Shown here: positions 12,801 to 24,379 of the stretch, one piece after another
How positions within the stretch are numbered: the first letter of the stretch is position 1
How the letters are laid out: every line of letters begins with the position of its first letter
Assembly (NCBI RefSeq): GCF_018350175.1
Contig: NW_025408521.1
Location: 1 to 64,000 of the forward strand
Length of the DNA stretch: 64,000 bases
Direction of reading: 5' to 3'
Source of the DNA: Felis catus
Taxonomy: Eukaryota
Notes under the pieces: generated by a model
Told to the model about the DNA's origin: nothing
The model's input: only the letters and a program-made list of their open reading frames with translations
Database searches by the model: none
Translations under genes and position numbers: made by a program

Positions 12801-15800
12801 CTGACACGGCATGGAACCTGGCAGCTCAGCATGTCGTTTCCCAGGCCCGACTGCAGCTGCCCGAGAGGAATCCGGAGGCCCCCTTGACCAGGGGCCGATC
12901 GACGTGTGTGGCCTTGGCACCCAAAGACGGATCCTGACCGGCACCGTCCCTTGGGCCCTCAATGCAGCCCTTCAGGGATACCACTGCCCTGCTGTGGGTT
13001 TGGCGCCTGGAGCCTCCTGGGACCTAACCCTAAACCAAACCCTACCCGGCCCGGGAACCTCCAACGAAACCTAAGCCTGCCTCGAACCCTAACCCTGCAA
13101 TTGAGCCGCCATCTGGAATGGACCCTCACTTCAGCCATCGAGGGAGGACACGAGACGGGAGTCGATTCGGCCCTGGTGACGTACCTGGACTGAACCCTAA
13201 GCCTTGCTAAGGCTCTCTACACATGGGGACCCAATTCCAACGTCTGACAACCCCACGTGCCTGGCGTCCATAAGCGGTGCAGGCTGACTCGCATGGAAGC
13301 TGGGAGCTCACCATTGCCGTTTTCAAGGCCCTGCTGCAGCTGCCCGAGAGTATTCCGGAGGTCTCCTCAACCAGGGGTGGATTGACGTGTGTGGCCTTGG
13401 CAGCCAAAGACGGAACTTGACCGGCACCGTACCTTGTGCCCTCAACTGAGCCCTTCGGGGAGAACACTGCCCTGCTGTGGGTTTGGCGCCTGGATCCTCC
13501 AGGGACCTAACCCTAACCCTAAGCCTTCCGTGAACCGGGACCCTCCACCGAAACCTAAGCTTGCCTCGAACCCTAACGCTGATATTGAGCCGCCTCCTGG
13601 CAAGGGCCCTCACTTCAACCCTCGAGGGAGATCATGAGGCCAGAGTCGCTTTGGCCCTGGCGATGTCCATGGACCCCAACCCTAACCCTAGCTAAGGCTC
13701 TCTCCCCACGGGGGCCCAATTCCAACGTCTGACAACACTACGTGCCTGGGGTCCAGAAGCGGTGCAGGATGACTCAGGATGGAACCTGGAAGCTCACCGT
13801 GGCGTGTCCCAGGCCTGGCTGCACTTGCCCGAGAGGATTCTGGAGGCCTCCACAACCAGGGGCCGATGGACATGTGCGGCCTTGCAGACAAAGACAGATC
13901 CTGACGGGCAGCGTCCCTTGTGTCCTCAACTGAGCCCTTAGGGGAGACCACCGCCCTGCCCTGGGTTCGGCACCTGGAGCCTCCTGGGACCGAACCCTAA
14001 CCCTGACCCTACCCCGAAACGGGACACTCCAGGAAAACGAAAGCCTGCTTCGAACACTAATCCTGCAATTGAGCCGCCTTGTCGCATGGGCCCTCACTTC
14101 AGCCCTTGAGGGAGATCACGAGACTGGAGTTATGTCGGCCCTGCCAATGTCCCTGGTCCAAACCCTAACCCTAACTAAGGCTCTCTCCCCATGGGGACCC
14201 AATTCCAACGTCTGACAACACCACACGCCTGGAGTACAGAAGCGGTGCAGGTTGACTCCGCATGCAACCTGGAAGCTCATCATGTCGTTTCCCAGGCCTG
14301 GCTGCAGCTGCCCGAGAGGATTCCGGAGGCCTCCTCGGCCAGGGGCCAATCGACGTGTGTGGCTTTGGTAGCGAAAATCGAATCCTGACCGGCACCGTCC
14401 CTTGTGCCCTCAACTCAGCCCTTCGGGGAGACCACTGCCCTGAAGTGGGTTTGCCGTCTGGAGCCTCCAGGGACCTAACCCTAACCCTACCCCGAACATG
14501 GACACTCCACCAAAACCTAAGCCTGCCTCGAACCCAAACCCTGCAATTGAGCCACCTTCTGACTTGGACGCTCACTTCAGCGCTCGAGGGAGACCACAAG
14601 ACCAGAGTCGCTTCGGCCCTGGCGACTTCCCTGGTCGGAACGCTAACCCTAGCTAAGGCTCTCTCCCCATGGGGACCCAATTCCATCGTCTGACAACACC
14701 ACGGGCCTGGGGTCCAGATGTGGTGCAGGCTGACTCGGCTTGGAACTTGGAAGCTCACCATGTAGTTTCCCCGGCCCGGCTGCAGCTGCCCGAGAGGATT
14801 CAAGAGGCCTCCTCGACCAGGGGCCGATGGACGTGTGTGGCCGTGGCAGCCAAAGTCGGATCATTACCGGCACCGTCCGTTGGGCCCTCAACTCAGCCCT
14901 TCAGAGAGACCAGTGGGTGCCCTGCTGTGGGTTCGGCGCTGGAGCCTCCTGGGACCTAACCCTAACCCTACCCCGAAACGGGACCCTCCACTGAAACCTA
15001 AGCCTGCCTCGAACCCGAACCCTGGAGTTGAGCCGCCTTCTGGCATGGGCCCTCACTTCAGCACTCGAGGGAGATCACGAGAATGGAGGCGCCTTGGCCC
15101 TGCCGACGTTCCTGGGCCAAACCCAACCCTAGCTAAGGCTCTCTCCCCATGGGGACCCAATTCCAATTCTGACAAAACCACGCGCCTGGGATCCAGAAGC
15201 GGTGCAGGCTGACTCGAAAGGAACCTGGAAATTCACCATGTCCTTTCCAAGGCGTGGCTGCATTGCCCGAGAGGATTCCTGAGGCCTCCTCGACCAGGGG
15301 CCGATCGACGTGTGTGGCCTTGGCAGCCAAAGTCGGATCATGACGGGCACTGTCCCTTGTGCCCTCAAATCAGCCCTTTGGGGAGACCTATGCCCTGCTG
15401 TGGGTTCGGCGCCTAGAGCCTATTGGGACCTAAACCTAACCCTAACCCTACCCCGAATCGGGACCCTGCACCGAAAACTAAGCCTGTCTCTAACCCTAAC
15501 CCTGCAATTGTGCCGCCATCTGGCATGGGCCCTCACTTCATCCCTCGAGGGAGGGTCACGAGACTGGAGTCGCTTCAGCCCTGGTGACGTCCCTGGACCG
15601 AACCCTAACCCTAGCTAAGGCTCTCTCCCCAGGAGGACCCAATTCGTCTGACAACGTCTGACAACACAACGCGCCTGGGATCCGTTAGCAGTGCAGGCTG
15701 ACTCGGCATGGAATCTGGAAGCTCACCATGTCGTTTCCCAGGCCCGGCTGCAGCTGCCCGAGAGGATTCCGGAGGCCTCCTCAACCAGGGGCCCAATCAC

Positions 15801-18800
15801 GTGTGTGGCCTTGCAGACAAAGACGGATCCTGACCGGCACCATCCCTTTTGCACGCCACTTAGCCCTTCGGGGAGACCACTGCCCTGCTGTGGGTTCCGC
15901 GCCTGGAGCCTCCTGGGACCTAACCCTACCCCTAACCGTACCCCTAACGGGACCATCCACCGAAACCTAAGCCTGCCTCGAACCCTAACCCTGCAATTGA
16001 GCCACCTTGTCGCATGGGCCCTCACTTCAGCCCTCGAGGGAGATCACGAGACCGGAGTCGCTTCGGCCCTGGCAACGTCCCTGGACCGAACCCTAACCCT
16101 AGCTAAGGCTCTCTCCCCATGGGGACCCAATTCCAACGTCTGACAGCAGCACGCGCCTGGGATCCAGAAGCGGTACAGTCTCACATGGCATTGAACCCAG
16201 AGGCGCACCATGCCGTTTCACAGGCCAGGCTGCATCTGCCGGAGAGGATCCCGGAGGCCTCCTCGACCAGGGGCCCGATCGACGTGTGTGGTGTTGGCAG
16301 CCGAAGAGGGATCCTGACCGGCACCGTCCCTTGTGCCCTCAACTCAGCCCTTCGGGGAGACCACTGCCCTGCTGTCAGTTCAGCGCCTGGAGACCTCTGG
16401 GGCCTAACGCTAACCCTAAACCTAGCCCGAACCGGGACCCTCCACCAAAACCTAAGCCTGCCTGGAAACCTACCCCTGCACTTGAGCTGCCTTGTCGCGT
16501 GGGCCCTCAGTTCAGGCCTCACGGGAGATCATGAGACCGGATTCGCTTTGGCCCTTGCAACGTCCCAGGACCGAACCTAACCCTAGCTAAGGCTCTCTCC
16601 CCATGGGGACCCAATTACACCATCTGACAACACCACGCCCCTGGGGTGCACAAGCGGTGCAGGCTCACTCGGCATGGAACCTGGACGCTCAGCTAGTCAT
16701 TTCCCATGTCGGGCTGAAGCTGCTTGAGAGGATTCCAGAGCCCTCCTCGATGAGGGGCACATCGACGTGTGTGGCCGTCCCATCTGCCCTCATCTCAGCC
16801 CTGCGGGGAGACCATGCCCTGCTGTGGGTTTGGCGTCTGGAGCCTCTTCTGTCCTAACCCTAATCCTAACCGTACCCCTAACCGGGACCCTTCACCAAAA
16901 CATAAGGCTGCCTCGAAAACTAACACTGTACTTGTGCGGCCTTGTCCCATGGGCCCTCACTTCAGCCCTGGAGGGAGATCACGAGACCAGAGTCGCTTCA
17001 GCCCTGGCGACGTCCCTGGACCAAACCCTCACCCTAGCTCAGGCACTCTGCCCATGGGAACCCAATTCCACCGTCTGACAAGACCACGTGCCTGGGGTCC
17101 AAAAGAGGTGCGGCACACCCGGCTTGGGACCTGGAAGCCTACCGTGTCATTTTCCAGGCTGGGCTGCAGCTGCCTCAGAGGTTTCAGATGCCTCCTCGAC
17201 CAGGGGCCCATTGACGTGTGTGGCCATGGAAGCCAAATACTGATCCTGACCGTCACCGTCCCTTGTGCCCTCAACTCATCCCTGCAGGAGATCACTGCCC
17301 TGCTGTGGGTTCAACGCCTGGAGCCTCCTGGGACCTTACCCTAACCGTAACCTAACCCCTACCCGGGACCATCCACCCAAACCAAACCCTGCCGCAAAAC
17401 CGACCCTGTACTTGAGCCACCTTGTTGCATGGACACTCATTTGAGCCCTCGAAGGAGACCACGTGACCATAGTCGCTTAGGTCAAGGCGACGTCCATGGA
17501 CGGGACCCTAACCCAAGGTAAGGGACGCTCCCCATGGGGACCCAATTCCACCGTCTGACAACACCACGTTCCTGGGGTACAGAAGCAGTGCAGCTTCACT
17601 CAGCATGGAACCTGGAAGCTCAGCATGTCGTTTCACAGGCCAGGCTGCAGCTGCCCGAGAGGATTCCAGAGGCTTCCTCGACCAGGGGCCCATCGACGTG
17701 TGTGGCCTTGGCAGCAAAAGACTGATCCTGACCGTCACCATTGCTTTTGTCCTCAAATCAGCCCTTCGTGGAGACCACTCCCCTGCTGTGGGTTTGGCGC
17801 CAGGAGCTTCCAGGGACCTTACCCTAACCCTAACAGGACAACTAACCGGGACCCTCTACCAAAACCTAACCCTGGCTCAAAACCTAACCTTGCACTTGAG
17901 CCGCCTTCATACATGGGCCCTGACCTCAGCCCACGAGGGAGATCACGAGACCGGAGTCGCTTCGGCCCTGGCAACGTCCCTGGACCGAACCCTAACCCTA
18001 GCTAAGGCTCTCTCCTCTTGGGGACCCAATTCCAAGGTCTGACAGCATCACTCGCCTGGGGTCCAGAAGCGGTACAGGCTGACTCGGCAAGGAACCTGGA
18101 AGCTCACCATGTCGTTTCCCAGGCCCGGCTGCAACGGCGCGAGAGGATTCCGGAGGCCTCCTCCAGGAGGGGCCAATCGAAGTGTCTGGACTTGGCAGCC
18201 AAAAACAGATCCGGAAAGGCACAGTCCCTTGTGCCCTCACCTCAGCCCTTCAGGGAGACCACTGCCCTGCTGTGGGTTCGGCGCCTGGAGCCTCCTGGTA
18301 CCTAACCCTAACCATACCCCGGACATGGACCCTACACCGAAACCTATGCCTGCCTCGAAGCCTAACCCTGCATTTGAGCCACCTTCTGGCATGGCCCTCA
18401 CGTCAGCCCTCGAGGGATATCAGAAGACCAGAGTCTTTTCGGCCCTGGCGACCTCTCCGGACCGAACCCTAAACCTAGCTAAGGCTCTCTCCCCATGGGG
18501 ACCCAATTCTATCGTCTGACATCACCGCGCGCCTGGGGTCCATAAGCGGTGCAGGCTGACACGGCATGGAACCTGGCAGCTCAGCATGTCGTTTCCCAGG
18601 CCCGACTGCAGCTGCCCGAGAGGAATCCGGAGGCCCCCTTGACCAGGGGCCGATCGACGTGTGTGGCCTTGGCACCCAAAGACGGATCCTGACCGGCACC
18701 GTCCCTTGGGCCCTCAATGCAGCCCTTCAGGGATACCACTGCCCTGCTGTGGGTTTGGCGCCTGGAGCCTCCTGGGACCTAACCCTAAACCAAACCCTAC

Positions 18801-21800
18801 CCGGCCCGGGAACCTCCAACGAAACCTAAGCCTGCCTCGAACCCTAACCCTGCAATTGAGCCGCCATCTGGAATGGACCCTCACTTCAGCCATCGAGGGA
18901 GGACACGAGACGGGAGTCGATTCGGCCCTGGTGACGTACCTGGACTGAACCCTAAGCCTTGCTAAGGCTCTCTACACATGGGGACCCAATTCCAACGTCT
19001 GACAACCCCACGTGCCTGGCGTCCATAAGCGGTGCAGGCTGACTCGCATGGAAGCTGGGAGCTCACCATTGCCGTTTTCAAGGCCCTGCTGCAGCTGCCC
19101 GAGAGTATTCCGGAGGTCTCCTCAACCAGGGGTGGATTGACGTGTGTGGCCTTGGCAGCCAAAGACGGAACTTGACCGGCACCGTACCTTGTGCCCTCAA
19201 CTGAGCCCTTCGGGGAGAACACTGCCCTGCTGTGGGTTTGGCGCCTGGATCCTCCAGGGACCTAACCCTAACCCTAAGCCTTCCGTGAACCGGGACCCTC
19301 CACCGAAACCTAAGCTTGCCTCGAACCCTAACGCTGATATTGAGCCGCCTCCTGGCAAGGGCCCTCACTTCAACCCTCGAGGGAGATCATGAGGCCAGAG
19401 TCGCTTTGGCCCTGGCGATGTCCATGGACCCCAACCCTAACCCTAGCTAAGGCTCTCTCCCCACGGGGGCCCAATTCCAACGTCTGACAACACTACGTGC
19501 CTGGGGTCCAGAAGCGGTGCAGGATGACTCAGGATGGAACCTGGAAGCTCACCGTGGCGTGTCCCAGGCCTGGCTGCACTTGCCCGAGAGGATTCTGGAG
19601 GCCTCCACAACCAGGGGCCGATGGACATGTGCGGCCTTGCAGACAAAGACAGATCCTGACGGGCAGCGTCCCTTGTGTCCTCAACTGAGCCCTTAGGGGA
19701 GACCACCGCCCTGCCCTGGGTTCGGCACCTGGAGCCTCCTGGGACCGAACCCTAACCCTAACCCTACCCCGAAACGGGACACTCCAGGAAAACGAAAGCC
19801 TGCTTCGAACACTAATCCTGCAATTGAGCCGCCTTGTCGCATGGGCCCTCACTTCAGCCCTTGAGGGAGATCACGAGACTGGAGTTATGTCGGCCCTGCC
19901 AATGTCCCTGGTCCAAACCCTAACCCTAACTAAGGCTCTCTCCCCATGGGGACCCAATTCCAACGTCTGACAACACCACACGCCTGGAGTACAGAAGCGG
20001 TGCAGGTTGACTCCGCATGCAACCTGGAAGCTCATCATGTCGTTTCCCAGGCCTGGCTGCAGCTGCCCGAGAGGATTCCGGAGGCCTCCTCGGCCAGGGG
20101 CCAATCGACGTGTGTGGCTTTGGTAGCGAAAATCGAATCCTGACCGGCACCGTCCCTTGTGCCCTCAACTCAGCCCTTCGGGGAGACCACTGCCCTGAAG
20201 TGGGTTTGCCGTCTGGAGCCTCCAGGGACCTAACCCTAACCCTACCCCGAACATGGACACTCCACCAAAACCTAAGCCTGCCTCGAACCCAAACCCTGCA
20301 ATTGAGCCACCTTCTGACTTGGACGCTCACTTCAGCGCTCGAGGGAGACCACAAGACCAGAGTCGCTTCGGCCCTGGCGACTTCCCTGGTCGGAACGCTA
20401 ACCCTAGCTAAGGCTCTCTCCCCATGGGGACCCAATTCCATCGTCTGACAACACCACGGGCCTGGGGTCCAGATGTGGTGCAGGCTGACTCGGCTTGGAA
20501 CTTGGAAGCTCACCATGTAGTTTCCCCGGCCCGGCTGCAGCTGCCCGAGAGGATTCAAGAGGCCTCCTCGACCAGGGGCCGATGGACGTGTGTGGCCGTG
20601 GCAGCCAAAGTCGGATCATTACCGGCACCGTCCGTTGGGCCCTCAACTCAGCCCTTCAGAGAGACCAGTGGGTGCCCTGCTGTGGGTTCGGCGCTGGAGC
20701 CTCCTGGGACCTAACCCTAACCCTACCCCGAAATGGGACCCTCCACTGAAACCTAAGCCTGCCTCGAACCCGAACCCTGGAGTTGAGCCGCCTTCTGGCA
20801 TGGCCCCTCACTTCAGCACTCGAGGGAGATCACGAGAATGGAGGCGTCTTGGCCCTACCGACGTTCCTGGGCCAAACCCAACCCTAGCTAAGGCTCTCTC
20901 CCCATGGGGACCCAATTCCAACGTCTGACAGCAGCACGCGCCTGGGGTCCAGATGTCGTGCAGGCTGACTCGGCAAGGAACTTGGAAGCTCACCATGTCG
21001 TTTCCCCGGCCCGGCTGCAGCTGCCCGAGAGGATTCAAGAGGCCTCCTTGACCAGGGGCCGATGGACGTGTGTGGCCATGGCAGCCAAAGTCAGATCATT
21101 ACCGGCACCGTCCGTTGGGCCCTCAACTCAGCCCTTCAGAGAGACCAGTGGGTGCCCTGCTGTGGGATCGGCGCTGGAGCCTCCTGGGACCTAACCCTAA
21201 CCCTACCCCGAAACGGGACCCTCCACTGAAACCTAAGCCTGCCTCGAACCCGAACCCTGGAGTTGAGCCGCCTTCTGGCATGGGCCCTCACTTCAGCACT
21301 CGAGGGAGATCACGAGAATGGATGTGCGTTGGCCCTGCCGACGTTCCTGGGCCAAACCCATCCCTAGCGAAGGCTCTCTCCCCATGGGGACCCAATTGCA
21401 ATTCTGACAAAACCACGCGCCTGGGATCCAGAAGCGGTGCAGGCTGACTCGAAAGGAACCTGGAAATTCACCATGTCCTTTCCAAGGCGTGGCTGCATTG
21501 CCTGAGAGGATTCCTGAGGCCTCTTCGACCAGGGGCCGATCGACGTGTGTGGCCTTGGCAGCCAAAGTCGGATCATGACGGGCACTGTCCCTTGTGCCCT
21601 CAAATCAGCCCTTTGGGGAGACCTATGCCCTGCTGTGGGTTCGGCGCCTAGAGCCTATTGGGACCTAAACCTAACCCTAACCCTACCCCGAACCGGGACC
21701 CTGCACCGAAAACTAAGCCTGCCTCTAACCCTAACCCTGCAATTGTGCCGCCATCTGGCATGGGCCCTCACTTCATCCCTCGAGGGAGGGTCACGAGACT

Positions 21801-22330
21801 GGAGTCGCTTCAGCCCTGGTGACGTCCCTGGACCGAACCCTAACCCTAGCTAAGGCTCTCTCCCCAGGAGGACCCAATTCGTCTGACAACGTCTGACAAC
21901 ACAACGCGCCTGGGGTCCGTTAGCAGTGCAGGCTGACTCAGCATGGAATCTGGAAGCTCACCATGTCGTTTCCCAGGCCAGGCTGCAGCTGCCCGAGAGG
22001 ATTCCGGAGGCCTCCTCGACCAGGGGCCCAATCACGTGTGTGGCCTTGCAGACAAAGACGGATCCTGACCGGCACCATCCCTTTTGCACGCCACTTAGCC
22101 CTTCGGGGAGACCACTGCCCTGCTGTGGGTTCCGCGCCTAGAGCCTCCTGGGACCTAACCGTACCCCTAACCGTACCCCTAATGGGACCTACCACCGAAA
22201 TCTAAGCCTGCCTCGAACCCTAACCCTGCAATTGAGCCACCTTGTCGCATGGGCCCTCACTTGAGCCCTCGAGGGAGATCACGAGACCAGAGTCGCTTCG
22301 GCCCTGGCGACGTCCCTGGACCGAACCCTA
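872..22330 (+). repeat. FA-SAT satellite array organised as a 12-monomer, 5,755-bp higher-order repeat (about 3.7 HOR copies)
   Basis: The anchor 'gctaaggctctctccccatggggacccaatt' recurs every ~480 bp (approx. 1213, 1696, 2181, 2664, 3142, 3622, 4104, 4592, 5076, 5527, 6005, 6491). The whole set repeats at +5755 (ORF track 917/6672/12427/18182). The 483-bp GC-rich monomer with TAACCC hexamers matches the known felid FA-SAT. Confidence 0.93.
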
Positions 22331-24183
22331 ACCCTAGCTAAGGCTCTCTCCTCATGGGGCCCCAATTCCAACCTCTGACAGCATCACGCACCTGGGGTCC
22401 AGAAGCGGTGCAGGCTGACTCGGCAAGGAACCTGGAAGCTCACCATGTCATTTCCCAGGCCCGGCTGCAGCTCCTGAGAGGATTGCGGAGGCCTCCTCGA
22501 CCGCGGGAGGAACAACATGTGTGGCCGTGGCAGCCAAAGAGGGATCCTGACCGGCACCGTCCCTTGTGTCCTCAACTCAGTCCTTCGGGGAGACCACTGC
22601 CCTGCTGTGGGTTCGGCGCCTGGAACCTCCTGGGACCTTACCCTAACCCTAACCCTACCCCGAACCGGGACCCTCCCCCGAAACCTAAGCCTGCCTCGAT
22701 CCCTAATCCTGCTTTTGAGCCGCCTTCTGGCATGGGCCCTCACTTCAGCCTCGAGGGAGATCATGAGACCGGAGTCGCTTCGGCCCTGGCAACGTCACTG
22801 GACCGAACCCTAACCCTAGCTAAGGCTCTCCCCTCATGGGGACCCAATTCCACCGTCTGACAGCATCACGCGCCTGGGGTCCAGAAGCGGTGCAGGCTGA
22901 CATGGCAAGGAACCTGGAAGCTCACCATGTCGTTTCCCAGGCCCGGCTGCAGCTCCCGAGAGGATTGCGGAGGCCTCATCCACCGCGGGGGGAACAACAT
23001 GTGAGGCCGTGGTAGCCAAAGAGGGATCCTGAGCGGCACCGTCCCTTGTGCCCTCAACTCAGTCCTTCAGGGAGACCACTGCCCTGCTGTGGGTTTGGCG
23101 CCTGGAACCTCCTGGGACCTAACCCTAACCCTAACCCTACCCCGAACCGGGACCCTCCCCCGAAACCTAAGCCTGCCTCGATCCCTAATCCTGTATTTGA
23201 GCCGCCTTCTGGCATGGGCCCTCACTTCAGCTCTCGAGGCAGATCACGAGACCGGAGTCGTTTCGGCCCTGGCAACGTCCCTGGACCGAACCCTAACCCT
23301 AGCGAAGGCTCTCCCCTCATGGGGACCCAATTCCAACGTCTGACATCATGACGCGCTTGGGGTCCAGAAGCGGTGCAGGCTGTCTCGGCAAGGAACCTGG
23401 AAGCTCACCATGTCGTTTCCCAGGCCCGGCTGCAGCTCCCGAGAGGATTGCGGAGGCCTCCTCAACCGCGGGAGGAACAACATGTGTGGCCGTGGCAGCC
23501 AAAGAGGGATCCTGACCGGCACCGTCCCTTGTGCCCTCAACTCAGCCCTTCGGGGAGACCACTGCCCTGCTTTGGGTTCAGTGCCTGGAACCTCCTGGGA
23601 CCTAACCCTAACCCTACCCCGAACCGAGACCCTCCCCCGAATCCTCAGCCTGCCTCGATCCCTAATCCTGCATTTGAGCTGCCTTCTGGCATGGGCCCTC
23701 ACTTCAACCCTCGATTTAGATCATGAGCCAGGAGTCGCTTCGGCCCTGGCGACGTCCCTGGAATGAACCCTAACCCTAGCTAAGGCTCTCCTCTCATGGG
23801 GACCCAATTCCAACGTCTGACAGCATCACGCGCCTGGGGTCCAGATGCGGTGCAGCCTGACTCGGCAAGGAACCTGGAAGCTCACCATGTCGTTTCCCAG
23901 GCCCGACTGCAGCTCCCGAGCGGATTGCGGAGGCCTCCTCGAACGCGGGAGGAACAACATGTGTGGCCGTGGCAGCCAAAGAGGGATCCTGACCGGCAGA
24001 GTCCCTTGTGCCCTCAACTCAGCCCTTGGGGGAGACCACTGCCCTGCTGTGGGTTCGGCGCCTGGAACCTCCTGGGACCTAACCTAACCCTACCCCGAAC
24101 TGGGACCCTCCCCCGAAACCTAAGCCTGCCTCGATCCCTAATCCTGCATTTGAGCCGCCTTCTGGCATGGGCCCTCACTTCAG
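22331..24183 (+). repeat. FA-SAT monomers of the homogeneous 'ccgcgggaggaacaacatgtgtgg' subfamily (~4 monomers)
   Basis: ~480-bp period with diagnostic variants ccgcgggaggaacaacat, ggaacctcc, atccctaatcc and gcagctcccg, shared with the 36.8-43.5 kb array. Confidence 0.9.
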
Positions 24184-24379
24184 CCGTGGCAGCCAAAGAC
24201 GGATCCTGGCCGGCACCGTCCCTTGTGCCCTCAACTCAGACCTTCAGGGAGACCACTGCCCTGGTGTGTGTTTGGTGCTGGGGGCCTCATGGGACCTAAC
24301 CCTAACACTAACCGTACCACGAACCAGGATCCTCCACCGAAAGTTAAGCCTGCCTCGAAACCTAACCCTGCAATTGAGC
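24184..24379 (+). repeat. Truncated older-type FA-SAT half-monomer abutting the second satellite
   Basis: Out-of-phase jump 'cttcagcc|gtggcagccaaagac'. Shares private variants (tcctggccggc, aacactaaccgtacc, aagttaagcc) with 58460-58656. Confidence 0.85.
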
